Assembly (NCBI GenBank): GCA_043228905.1
Contig: JBHGNT010000008.1
Span: forward strand, 2,790,001 to 2,854,000
From: Azolla caroliniana
Lineage: Eukaryota; Plantae; Polypodiophyta
Length of the DNA: 64,000 nucleotides
Direction: 5' to 3'
The notes beneath the pieces were generated by a model that searched no databases, was not told the DNA's origin, and saw nothing but the letters and a program-made list of their open reading frames with translations. Each line of letters begins with the position of its first letter. Within the stretch, counting starts at the first letter, position 1. The position numbers and the translations under genes were made by a program. Shown here in pieces: positions 50,322-61,519 of this stretch.

Positions 50322-53300
50322 ATGTCTAGATCAATGCACGACCTGGTTACAGATCGAACTCGACGCCTTGCCGAAAGGCAAAGGAGACGCGAGGCTTTCC
50401 AGCAAGCGGCGCAGGAAATTAGAGCGGATCGCTCGTTTTCCAACATAATCCGGAGAGTAGCGGAGGACTCCCTCTGGTTACAGCAAACATCGCACCCGGA
50501 CGACGGCAGCAGCCTAAGCAGCCTCCGGGAAACCGAATCCCTTCTCCACGCGTTGGCAAACGGAGAAGGCGAAGCAGAAGCCTTTTCAGCATATGAATCG
50601 GACTCCGAAGGGGAATACAACGTGCACACGAACTACCGTAGCAACAACGAAACCCCGGGCGGACCGGAGGACGAAGGATCGGATACCTTACCGACACCGG
50701 AACCGGAAGTGCTAACGTTGGAACCCTCGGAACCAGCAGAAGAAGAGCGACCTCCGACACCGAAAGTCGAAGAGGAGAGACCTCCGTCACCAAAAGAAGA
50801 GGAAAAACCACCGACGCTGGAAACAAATCGGGAAAGACCACCGACACCGGAGAAAATTCCGGAACGAGCACCAACACTGCCAGCCCGCGCACCGATACCG
50901 GACGACGGCATGCCGTTCCAGTACTCCGAGTATAGAGATGATCCGAACGCGGAAGCTCATGTGCACGCCTTTGAACAAACATGGGAAGCCAACCATGTGT
51001 CCCAATGATTGACCCCGGAGGAAGAAGAACGCTCTAAGATAGCGGAATTTGGCGTCACATTGGAGGGACCGGCAGCAAGATGGCGCCGGACGCAGGACCC
51101 GTCTACCATCAACACCTTTGCAGATTTAAAAGCTAAATTCTTGCATTTTTTTCAAAAAGAGGTGGACCAGACCATAATGGTAGGCTTATTTTATACCATC
51201 CGACAGGAGGCAGGGGAGAGCATTCCCCAATTTGTCATCCGGTTTCAACGGATGCATAGTCAGCTTGCCCGTGCACCCCCGGAGGAGGAATTACGGACTA
51301 TATTTCTAAACGCGCTCCGGGAACCCTTACGCACGGTTTGCACGGTAATTGACTTCCGCACAAGTACCATCGACCAGGTCATTGACCGGGTGAGAGAGAT
51401 GGAAAAGACAAGCTCCTGGCTCACACTGGGAGCACTCCAACGGGCGTTACCGTCCGATGAAGACCTCTGGTTTCAGCAAGCAATACAATGCACAACCTGC
51501 TTGAATTATGGACACTCGGCTCTAGAATGCACTATGAGGACGCAATGCGTAATCTGTCAATCCAAGAGCCATACGACGGATAGGTGCGAGTATAATCTGT
51601 TGAACCGGCAAGCACCGCCCGTCCGACAAATTGAGCCACACAGTAGCCGGGATGAAGAAGACGAACGCTGGCGGCGAATGGACCGCGACCGACCGGCACA
51701 GGATGTCCGGTATGGCGATCAACGGGAGAATGATGTCAGATATGGTGATCGACGGGATAACTATGACCGGCATGATCGGTACCGGGATTACAACAGACGA
51801 TACGAACATTACGACCGGGAGCACTCCCCCGGGTATCGTCAGGGCAAGCGTTGCAAGAGTGCCAGATTACGTTGCCACTAGGAAGACTCCTACAACTCGT
51901 GCCAAGATTCACGGAAGGACTGAAGACGGCCATGACGGCAGGAGAACCATCACCGACACCGGTACTCTTCTCGAATCCGGAGGAGGGACCAACGATGGTG
52001 GACACCAGCAGTCCGGTAATCACTGCCATTGTAAAAGGGAAAGAACTCCCAGACACAGTTATAGACGGAGGCTCTGGGGTGAATGTAATAAGCCTCCGGA
52101 CGTGTGATGCCCTAGGAATCCACGAGTAGGAGCCGTGTCCGTTCTGGTTGCGGATGGCCGATACAAGCTCAGTGCGGCCGACAGGATTAATACGGAAATT
52201 AGAAGTCACCGTCGGCGGTCATACATTTTACATCTCGGCCGTAGTGCTACAATTACAGGCACAAGGCGCATACCCGCTATTGCTGGGGCGGCCATGGTTG
52301 AAAACGGCACATATCAAACAGAATTGGCGGAAAAATATAATTACCTTCCGGCGAGGAAAAGCCAAGGACGAGCACTGGCAAGGAATGTACACCGTTGTAT
52401 GCGGAATGCGTCAACATGCTAGAAGGGTTAGCGGACGAAGAAGAAGCTCAGTACCTCCAAGAAAACCCGAAGATCATACCCCTCTTCGAAATTGACATTG
52501 CCGAAGCAGTAGCACCATACTTACCGCAACCGGAAGAGGCTGAAGCAGAACCGAATAAAGACGCAATTCGGGAGTTACGGCAAGCGCAGGAAGCGTTGGA
52601 ACGGGAAATGGCCGTTTCACAGCGCGTAAAAGCGTCGCAACTGGAAGAGGTGAACCTAGGGACCACGGACGAAGCAAAACCGGTGCACATCGCCAAGGAG
52701 ATGAAGTCTGAAGACAAAACGACGATGATCACACTTCTCACAGAATTTCGCGATGTGTTCGCCTGGTCATACGAAGACATGCGAGGACTCGACCCTCAGT
52801 TATACCAACATCAGGTGCACTTGAGCAAGGACGCAAAACCAGTGGCACAAAGATGGTACCAGATGAATCCCAATTATGCCGCCAAATTCAAGGAGGAAAT
52901 CGACAAACTACTAAGAGTTGGCTTTATCCGTCCGGTAAAGAAAGCGACATGGCTGAGCCTGATCATAGTCGTACCGAAGAAGAACGGAAAAATTCGAGTT
53001 TGCGTGGACTACTGGAAACTCAATGCGGCTACGGTAACGAATGTGTTTCCACTCCCGTTCACAGATGGAGTGTTGGATGTCGTCGCCGGCCATGAGGTCT
53101 ATAGCTTCCTAGACGGATTCAACGGGTATAATCAGATCCGGATGCACCCCGACGACCAAGAGAAAACGGCTTTCGTCACCGAATGGGGGGTGTTTGTGGT
53201 CGTGGTGATGATGTTCGGACTCAAAACGGCACCGGCAACATTTCAACGAATCATCATGGAAATCTTTGGTGAATATATTCCGGCTTTTATGCAGGTTTTC

Positions 53301-53541
53301 CTTGACGATTTTGCCGTCTATAGCCGGGAGGAGGACCATTTTCAGCACCTCCATCTTTGTCTTGAAAAGTGTAGAGCGTACCGGCTAAGCTTGAATCCGG
53401 CAAAGTGTGTATTTGACGTATCCAGTGGAACTCTATTAGGACATATTGTGAGCTAGGAAGGTATTGCAGTCGACCCGGACAAAGTGAAAGCCATATTAGA
53501 AGCACCGGCGCCGGTAACGGCAAAGGCATTAAGCCGGTTCT
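50322..53541 (+). pseudogene. gag-pol: gag-protease-RT of the outer gypsy element (5' part)
   Basis: In-frame stops at 51006, 52127 and 53454, frame breaks near 51845 and 52370. Domains remain recognisable. Confidence 0.88.
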
Positions 53542-54088
53542 TGTCATGAAGACATACATCTTGGCTTATCATGACATTCATCTTGGCGAACAAGGAATCG
53601 AACCCATAACCTCTTGGTTTACATATTGTACTTTAACCATTGTAATAACATATGTGAGATGTAATCATAATAATTATATGTTTAGTTATTACGAGATATT
53701 TAGAACATTCTAGATTATTCTAGAATGTTCTTGAATATTTCATGATTATATTTATTATTATTATTATTCATAAATATCTAAAATATTCTAGAACATTCTA
53801 GAATACTCCATAAGGGCCTATAAATAAGAGTCCATACACTCATCACAACTCATTCGGTTCAACACCAGTCTTTAGCCTTTAGCCTACTCCTTGTAATCTT
53901 CTTTCTCATAATATAATCGCATTCCCATTTCTTATCTCTCACTTATACTTTTCTCTCTCTCGCACTCTCTCCCTCTTTCACTCTCTTTCTATCACTATCG
54001 CTATCTCTACCGCTCTCGCCATCTCTATCGTTATCGTTATCTCTATCGCCATCGCTCTCTCTCTGCTTCCTACTCAAGAGTCACGACA
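53542..54088 (+). repeat. 5' LTR of the chromovirus
   Basis: Direct repeat of 58926-59472, TATAAATA at 53819-53826. Confidence 0.98.
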
Positions 54089-54090
54089 GT

Positions 54091-54101
54091 TTGAACCGAA
54101 T
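54091..54101 (+). promoter_or_regulatory. Self-priming primer binding site
   Basis: TTGAACCGAAT, 2 nt after the LTR, is the exact reverse complement of ATTCGGTTCAA (53852-53862). There is no TGG tRNA-type PBS. Confidence 0.88.
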
Positions 54102-54173
54102 ATTTCTTTTCCCTTTCTCCAATAACCCTAGCAAGCTTTCTTCTTTATCCTTCTTTCTTTTTCCCCCGCGGTT

Positions 54174-55301
54174 ATGGAGTCGGTCAGCAAGCAAGAGTAT
54201 ATGCGTGTCCTTTCGGAGCTCGATATGCTCACCACTAAGTTTGTGGCATTAGAGCAAGAAAATCAAAGGCTACTCGGGGATCTTCAACAAGTCAGTACTG
54301 AGAAAGCTCATCAATATGAGGAGTTATCACAACGGGTTCATCAACTTGAGGCTACTATATTAGCATTACGAGAACAAGCGGCGGGGGTTCAAAACTCCCC
54401 AAGGGAACCAAAGATTAGCCTCCCTGCCAAGTTTGATGGTACCAGATCTCTCTTTCGAGGTTTCCTGAATCAAGTTCGTTTGGTGATTCAGTTACATCCC
54501 AATCGGTATCCAACTGATGCTGCCCGTGTGGGATTAATAGGAACCTTGCTAAGCGGTACAGCGTTAGCATGGTTTGCACCACTTCTTGAGAAGAAATCAC
54601 CATTACTGGAGGATTTCGAGGCATTCGTTAAGGAGTTTCAAGCTAGTTTTGGAGATACGGATAGCACTAGGACTGCAATAAACAAGATTCGAAGACTCCG
54701 ACAAGGAGATCGTCCCGCTTCAGCTTATGCCGCAGATTTCCGTCTCTTGGCATGCGACATCCCTTGGGATGAGGCAGCCTTAATGGATCAATTCCGTCAG
54801 GGTTTGCGTAACGATGTCAAAGATCTTCTTCTTACTTTCCATGAAGATCCAAAGTCTCTTACTGAAGCTATTAGCCGAGCTGTGCGATGTGATAATCGCC
54901 TATTTGAGCGACGTTCTGAACGTCAACAAATGTTACGCCGCCAACCGGAACAGACATACGCTTCTATAGTCGCCACACCGCCACAAGGTTCTAGACCCGT
55001 TACGAGGGATGGTCCCACTCCGATGGAAATAGAGTTGACACAACGTCGCGGGCCCTTATCAGATGCTGAGAAACAACGACGTCGAGCGCATCGCCTATGC
55101 CTCTACTGTGGTGGTCCAGGACATATAGCTGTGAATTGTCCACATAAACCCAGGCGTCAAGTTTACCAAGTAAGTGCACATGACAACCCTACATCAAGTT
55201 CTACTATCACTTCTAATAACTTAAGTACTAAGCCTACTAGCCCATGCCATGAGAATAGATTTGATGTCTTGAGCCAATTAGAGGATGTGTTAAACGAATA
55301 A
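54174..55301 (+). CDS. gag: Gag (coiled coil, capsid, CCHC knuckle)
   Basis: EPKISLPAKFDG, LSGTALAWF, LRQG...AYAADFR, PTPMEI and LCLYCGGPGHIAVNCP. Confidence 0.95.
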   Translation: MESVSKQEYMRVLSELDMLTTKFVALEQENQRLLGDLQQVSTEKAHQYEELSQRVHQLEATILALREQAAGVQNSPREPKISLPAKFDGTRSLFRGFLNQVRLVIQLHPNRYPTDAARVGLIGTLLSGTALAWFAPLLEKKSPLLEDFEAFVKEFQASFGDTDSTRTAINKIRRLRQGDRPASAYAADFRLLACDIPWDEAALMDQFRQGLRNDVKDLLLTFHEDPKSLTEAISRAVRCDNRLFERRSERQQMLRRQPEQTYASIVATPPQGSRPVTRDGPTPMEIELTQRRGPLSDAEKQRRRAHRLCLYCGGPGHIAVNCPHKPRRQVYQVSAHDNPTSSSTITSNNLSTKPTSPCHENRFDVLSQLEDVLNE

Positions 55302-55372
55302 GTCCGGCCAAAATAGGAGCCATTTGGTTGGACCATCCTAGTTATGTAGAGTCAGTACCTAGTTGTGGTTCC
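55289..55372 (+). promoter_or_regulatory. Predicted -1 programmed ribosomal frameshift signal (slippery site plus pseudoknot)
   Basis: G TTA AAC in the gag frame, a 6-nt spacer, stem 55302-55312/55323-55333 and a second pairing 55316-55322/55366-55372. The -1 frame is open into pol. Confidence 0.82.
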
Positions 55373-58300
55373 ATTTCATCAAATCAAGTTAGTAGAGTTT
55401 TTTCTGCACAAGTCGAGCTTAGCACATCTACAGGTCATCGCGCCCTAGCCTCTACCCTCCTAGATTCCGGAGCCAATTCTTGTTTCATGGATCGCGAGTT
55501 TGCATTGACTCAAAACATCATCTTGAAAAAACTCCCAAACCCAGTAGCTGTAGGAGTCATCGATGGTCGCCCTATAGCATCAGGAGATATAGTCGAAGAG
55601 TCTGAACCAATTCGTGTAGTCCTAGGTAATTTGGCTAGTGTCATCTCATTTAACATCATTAGTAGTCCGGAGCACTCTCTAGTTCTTGGTCTTCCTTGGT
55701 TTGAGTTACATAACCCAACCATTGATTGGAGAAAAAGAACTATTGAAGAGGTCACCGTACAATCCAAGTCTCTTGAAGCTCCAACTAAGGATCTAGGATC
55801 CCCCACAATTTCAACAATCTCTATACATCAATTACGAGAGGATGGAAGAAAGGAAGACATGATGGTATTTGCGGTTTTAGCAACTCCCTCATCTAGCTCA
55901 CAAGAATTGGGGGTCCAACTACCAAAGAAGTACATAGAATTCTCCGATGTGTTCGATAAGGTGAAGGCTAATAGACTACCAGAGCATCGACCATATGATT
56001 GCCCAATTGATTTGCAGCCAGGAAAAGAGCCTCCATGGGGACCAATTTATAATCTTTCGCCCACGGAGTTAGAGGTTCTTCGAGAATATATCAATGAGAA
56101 CTTGGCAAATGGTTTTATCCAACATTCAAAATCTCCTGCTGGTGCACCCATCTTTTTCGTTAAGAAGAAAGATGGTACGCTTCGTATGGTCGTGGATTAT
56201 CGAGGCTTGAATAAAGTGACCGTTAGAAACCGATATGCTCTCCCATTGATCTCAAGCCTTCTAGAACGCCTCAGTGAAGCAAAGTATTTCACGAAGTTAG
56301 ATCTTCGAGGTGCCTACAACCTTGTTCGAATTCGTCCTGGGGATGAATGGAAGACGGCGTTCCGCACTCGCTATGGTCATTTTGAGTACACAGTGATGCC
56401 TTTTGGCCTCACGAATGCACCAGCAGTCTTCCAACATATGGCGAATGATATTTTTCGAGACTTCCTCGATATCTTCATCATTGTTTACCTGGATGATATC
56501 TTGATCTACTCAAAAACTCAAGAAGAACATGATATACATGTTCGCCAAGTTTTGCAACGGCTACGAGAGTATGGTCTCTATGCAAAATTGGAGAAGTGTA
56601 GTTTCGACCAACGTCAAGTGGAGTTTTTGGGGTACATAGTCTCTTCAAATGGCATCTCTATGGATCCATCAAAGGTTCAAACAATTTTGGATTGGCAAAC
56701 ACCACAGTCCGTGCGAGATGTGCAATGTTTTTTGGGGTTCGCAAACTTTTATCGCAAGTTCATCAAAGATTATTCAACAATTGTGTTGCCCCTCACTCAA
56801 CTGACGCACAAGAATCGATCATTTGTATGGAGTATAGATGCGAACTCTGCATTTGAGGGTTTAAAGCAAGCATTTACATCCGCACCAATCTTAATCCATG
56901 TCGATCCAATGAGGCGCTTTATACTTGAAGCTGATGCATCGGATTTCGCACTCGGAAGTGTACTATCCCAAATTGGTGATGATGGTGAATTGCACCCGGT
57001 GGCTTTTCACTCACGAAAATTTGAAGCCGCAGAAATCAACTATGAGATTCACGACAAAGAGCTTCTTGCCATTGTGGATTCTTTTCAACAATGGCGTCAT
57101 TTTCTGGAGGGTTCTTCTCAGCAGATTATTGTCTACAATGATCATAAAAATCTAACATACTTTCAAAGTGCTCGAGTCTTGAATCGACGACAAGCTCGTT
57201 GGGCGCAGTTCTTAACTCGTTTCGATTTTGTAATTCTATATCGCCCTGGGATGCAACAAGGAAAAGCAGATGCTTTATCTAGACGTTCGTATATGGAACT
57301 TCAACCTGGAGAGGCCGCATTTGAAAGCCAAAAGCAAATCCTCTTAGGTCCTGATCGTCTACGAATAATGGCAATGCATACCATCAACACACCGGGAGAT
57401 TCAAGGCTTCTTGATTCCATTCGTGAGCAGATTGCGACTGATGCGTTCGCCCAAGAGGTTTTGAGCCATATTATCCCAAATCGTGCATCTAGCTCCCAAA
57501 CTCAAAATCCTCGTCTAGACTACACCCAGTTTAGTTGGCATGATGGGTTACTTTTTCGACAAACTCTCTTGTATGTGCCTGACGGTCCTTCTCGACTCAA
57601 AGTCATGCAACAATGTCATGACACACCAATGGCGGGACACTTCGGCATCCACAAGACTTTTGAGTTGATTTCTCGCCGATATTGGTGGCCACGGCTTCGC
57701 CATTTTGTTACGGATTATGTTCGTAGCTGTGATACATGTTGCCGATCAAAAAAGCCTCGACATCATCCATATGGCTTATTACAGCCAATGCCTATTCCGG
57801 AGAGCCCATGGAAATCTATTTCCTTGGACTTTATTACGGATCTTCCACCTTCCAAGGGATTTGATTCGATTCTCACGGTTGTCGATCGTTTTACGAAGAT
57901 GGCACATTTCCTTCCATGCACAAAGACCATTACTAGTCAAGAGACAGCTGATTTACTCATGCGGGAGGTGTTTCGCCATCATGGTCTTCCGGATGATATT
58001 ATCAGTGATCGGGGTCCCCAATTCATCTCGAAATTTTGGCGGCACATGTTCAGACTCTTACATACTTCTTGTAAACTCTCTTCCGGCTACCATCCAGAGA
58101 CTAATGGGCAGAGTGAGCGCACCAACCAAACAGTCGAGCAATATCTACGTTGTTTTGTCAACTATCAACAAGATGATTGGGTGGATTTACTATCTTTGGC
58201 AGAATTTGCTTATAACAACTCCGAGCATTCTTCTACTGGATATTCCCCATTTTTTGCAAACATTGGGTACCATCCTCGTTGGACGATGCTTGAACATCCT

Positions 58301-58933
58301 GAACTCCCAAAAAACCCAGCTGCTGAAGATCGGCTCACTCGACTCCAAGAAGTTCAGGATATGCTTTTGCATCATTTATGTGAAGCCCAAAACACTCAAA
58401 AGAAGATTGCTGACCGTCATCGGCGTGATTCATCGACTACATTTCAAGTAGGCGATCGTGTATGGCTCTTACAAGGTAGCATTAAAACGACCCGACCTTG
58501 CTACAAATTGGATTATCAACGTTTTGGCCCATATGTCATAAGTGGTAAGATCAATGATGTGACATTTCGACTTGATCTTCCTCCTCATATGCGTCTTCAC
58601 CCGGTCTTCCATGTTTCACTTTTGGAGCCTTACACAACGAGCTCTATTCCGGGTCGTGTTACACCTCCCCCACCTCCAATTGACGTTTCCAATGGCTCTG
58701 AATATGAGGTTGCCGCTATCCTCGACTCCAAGATCATTCGCAACAAACTATACTACTTGGTTGATTGGTTAGGCTATACACCTAATGATCGAACATGGGA
58801 GCCTGCCGAACATCTTGCCAATGCCTCCGACATGGTTGTTGCATTTCACAACCAATATCCTCATAAACCAAGTCTGAACTCTTTTCTTCCGACTCGTGCA
58901 ACTCGTCATCGAAAAGGGGGGATAATGTCATGA
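55295..58933 (+). CDS. pol: Pol (protease, RT, RNase H, integrase, chromodomain), expressed as a Gag-Pol frameshift fusion
   Basis: LLDSGA, YLDDILI, LEADASD, integrase HH-CC, SLDFIT/ISDRG/NGQSER, GPY and the chromodomain YEVAAILD...YLVDWLGY...TWEP. No interruptions. Confidence 0.96.
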   Translation, partial: RISPAKIGAIWLDHPSYVESVPSCGSISSNQVSRVFSAQVELSTSTGHRALASTLLDSGANSCFMDREFALTQNIILKKLPNPVAVGVIDGRPIASGDIVEESEPIRVVLGNLASVISFNIISSPEHSLVLGLPWFELHNPTIDWRKRTIEEVTVQSKSLEAPTKDLGSPTISTISIHQLREDGRKEDMMVFAVLATPSSSSQELGVQLPKKYIEFSDVFDKVKANRLPEHRPYDCPIDLQPGKEPPWGPIYNLSPTELEVLREYINENLANGFIQHSKSPAGAPIFFVKKKDGTLRMVVDYRGLNKVTVRNRYALPLISSLLERLSEAKYFTKLDLRGAYNLVRIRPGDEWKTAFRTRYGHFEYTVMPFGLTNAPAVFQHMANDIFRDFLDIFIIVYLDDILIYSKTQEEHDIHVRQVLQRLREYGLYAKLEKCSFDQRQVEFLGYIVSSNGISMDPSKVQTILDWQTPQSVRDVQCFLGFANFYRKFIKDYSTIVLPLTQLTHKNRSFVWSIDANSAFEGLKQAFTSAPILIHVDPMRRFILEADASDFALGSVLSQIGDDGELHPVAFHSRKFEAAEINYEIHDKELLAIVDSFQQWRHFLEGSSQQIIVYNDHKNLTYFQSARVLNRRQARWAQFLTRFDFVILYRPGMQQGKADALSRRSYMELQPGEAAFESQKQILLGPDRLRIMAMHTINTPGDSRLLDSIREQIATDAFAQEVLSHIIPNRASSSQTQNPRLDYTQFSWHDGLLFRQTLLYVPDGPSRLKVMQQCHDTPMAGHFGIHKTFELISRRYWWPRLRHFVTDYVRSCDTCCRSKKPRHHPYGLLQPMPIPESPWKSISLDFITDLPPSKGFDSILTVVDRFTKMAHFLPCTKTITSQETADLLMREVFRHHGLPDDIISDRGPQFISKFWRHMFRLLHTSCKLSSGYHPETNGQSERTNQTVEQYLRCFVNYQQDDWVDLLSLAEFAYNNSEHSSTGYSPFFANIGYHPRWTMLEHPELPKNPAAEDRLTRLQEVQDMLLHHLCEAQNTQKKIADRHRRDSSTTFQVGDRVWLLQGSIKTTRPCYKLDYQRFGPYVISGKINDVTFRLDLPPHMRLHPVFHVSLLEPYTTSSIPGRVTPPPPPIDVSNGSEYEVAAILDSKIIRNKLYYLVDWLGYTPNDRTWEPAEHLANASDMVVAFHNQYPHKPSLNSFLPTRATRHRKGGIMS

Positions 58934-59472
58934 AGACATACATCTTGGCTTATCATGACATTCATCTTGGCGAACCAGGAATCGAACCCATAACCTCTTG
59001 GTTTACATATTGTACTTTAACCATTGTAATAACATATGTGAGATGTAATCATAATAATTATATGTTTAGTTATTACGAGATATTTAGAACATTCTAGATT
59101 ATTCTAGAATGTTCTTGAATATTTCATGATTATATTTATTATTATTATTATTCATAAATATCTAAAATATTCTAGAACATTCTAGAATACTCCATAAGGG
59201 CCTATAAATAAGAGTCCATACACTCATCACAACTCATTCGGTTCAACACCAGTCTTTAGCCTTTAGCCTACTCCTTGTAATCTTCTTTCTCATAATATAA
59301 TCGCATTCCCATTTCTTATCTCTCACTTATACTTTTCTCTCTCTCGCACTCTCTCCCTCTTTCACTCTCTTTCTATCACTATCGCTATCTCTACCGCTCT
59401 CGCCATCTCTATCGTTATCGTTATCTCTATCGCCATCGCTCTCTCTCTGCTTCCTACTCAAGAGTCACGACA
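58926..59472 (+). repeat. 3' LTR of the chromovirus
   Basis: Matches the 5' LTR with one visible substitution (GAACCAGG versus GAACAAGG). Preceded by the PPT. Confidence 0.98.
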
Positions 59473-59477
59473 GTTCT

Positions 59478-61519
59478 TAGGCTAGATCCGGTGGCACAGC
59501 CGGATGCTCCGATACTTGGCCGACTTGGCTACACCGTTGCATGCCGCCGTACATCAGACACCATTCCAGTGGACCGACACCGAGGATAGGGCGTATAGGG
59601 CCCTCAAGGTACTATTGTCGCAAGCACCGGTAGTGCAACCTCCGGATTGGAGTAAAGAATTTCACGTGTTCGTGGACGCCTCCGACATCGCAATCGGAAG
59701 CGTACTTATGCAGCTTACGGAGCCAAAATGGTACCGGCCAGTGTACTATGCCAGCCGAAAGCTATCCCAAGCAGAACGGAACTACTCTACCATGGAACAG
59801 GAAGCTCTGGGGATGATCTATAGTGTGACAAAGTTTCGGCATTATTTATTGGGAAGGAAGTTTTCCTTCCATGTAGATCATTCGGCACTCCTTTACCTGG
59901 TGTCCAAAGTGTCACTCACCGGCACATTGGCCCGGTGGACCTTATTGTTACAGGAATTCTAGTTTGAAATATTCCACCGACCCGGTATACAACATGCCGT
60001 GGCGGATTATTTAAGCCGATTAGAGTCCGGAGAGACGGGTGACGGAGTAGCGGATGAGTTTCCGGATGCGGAGCTGTTTCGAGTCACTACGGAGACGACA
60101 ACATATGAGACGGTGGCACAGGAAGACAAATGGCTCACAAATATGCACCAGTTTCTGAGCACAAGACTGCCTCCGGAAGAGATGAACCGGGACGAACGGA
60201 AACGCCTGGCGGTGCAAAGCCGACATTTCTGCTTACTGCAAGACACACTGTACCACAAGGGTGCGAACGGCATATGGAGACGAGCGGTGCGCAGCGATGA
60301 AAAGGAACTGATACTAAGGAAAGCCCACTGCGGAGTTGCCGGAGGTCACTATGTCGGAGATGCGACGGCTAGGAAAATATGGCAAAGTGGCCTATGGTGG
60401 CCAACGACATTAAGAGATGCGGTACGATACGCAAAAGAATGTGACCTATGCCAGAGAATGGGCCAGCCAACGGAGCAGGCTCGTATGCCACACCAGCCGG
60501 TACTACCACTCGAGCCATTCCAGAAGTGGGGGCTGGACTTTGTAGGACCGTTCAAGCCATTGACAATGAGAACGGGTAATCGGTACGTCATCGTTGCTAC
60601 GGATTACTGCACGAAATGGGTGGAGGCCAAAGCTTTAAGGGACAACACCGCTGCGTCAACGACGAAATTTCTATACGAGTACATCTGGTGCCGTTACGGA
60701 TGCCCAATTGAATTAATAAGCGACCAAGGGGGGCACTTCCTCGGCCAAGTAGTCGAAAGCCTGACGGCATTCTATGCCGTTGTCCACAAACGGAGCACAC
60801 CTTACTATCCACAGGCGAACGGTTTAGCGGAATCAACGAACAAGACGCTCCAGAATATCCTCCGGAAGATTGTCAACGAAAACCAAACGGATTGGGACAT
60901 AAAGCTACATAGTGCGCTTTGGGCATACCGGACGGCATACAAGACGAGCATCCGAACAACACCGTTCCGGTTAGCGTTCGGACTAGAGGCGGTAATGCCG
61001 GTGGAATTCCAAGTACCCAGCTTACGGATCCAGCTACGGGAACGGGTGAACGGGAAGGAGTCGGAGGCAATACGGTTGACAGCGCTGTGTGAACTCGAGG
61101 AACAACGACTGGCCAGCATCCTGCACTTAGAATTGGAGCAGCGGCGACGAAAAGCATTTGTCGACCGGCACAGGTAAGGAAACGAGAAAATGTTCGTAAT
61201 CGGCAAACCGGTGTTAGTATTTCAGACCTGGATGGGCAAGATGCCGGGTAAACTACAGTTTAGATGGACCGGACCGTATTGGCTAACACGGGAGTATAAT
61301 GGGTCCTACCAGTTAGGGACACTTGCCGGCGAAGTGCTAGGCAAATGGGTCAACGGATTCCGGTTGAAGCCATATAGAGGACCAATGCCTAAGAACCCAT
61401 TTGAGCAAAGGACCGACACCAGTGAGGGAAACGGCAACCACCAAGACGGCAGAGACGGCGAGCCGGTAACTGGGGAAAATGAGGCCGGTAAGGGTTCAAG
61501 AGGACCAACGGACAAGTGA
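59478..61519 (+). pseudogene. pol: RT connection, RNase H and integrase of the outer gypsy element (3' part)
   Basis: Removing the nested element and one TSD restores ...LSRFLG*IRWHSRMLRYLAD. Further stops at 59960 and 61175. The integrase ends FRWTGPYW...VNGFRLKPY with no chromodomain. Confidence 0.9.

Larger units (their letters stand above)
53542..59472 (+). mobile_element. Intact chromoviral Ty3/gypsy retrotransposon (Tcn1-like), 5931 bp
   Basis: 547-bp LTRs TGTCATGA...TCACGACA, TSD GTTCT (53537-53541 and 59473-59477), intact gag and pol, PPT AAAAGGGGGGATAA and an integrase chromodomain. The clade is inferred. Confidence 0.97.

Noticed and set aside
55314-55340. Alternative pseudoknot stem TAGGA/TCCTA
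   Set aside because: The 2-nt connecting loop is too short to span an 11-bp stem 1. The 55316-55322/55366-55372 pairing is more plausible.
57705-58451. 248-aa alternative-frame ORF inside the integrase, and the many antisense ORFs across 50183-63416
   Set aside because: They overlap well-supported gag/pol frames, have no motifs, and are expected from codon bias in GC-rich coding DNA.
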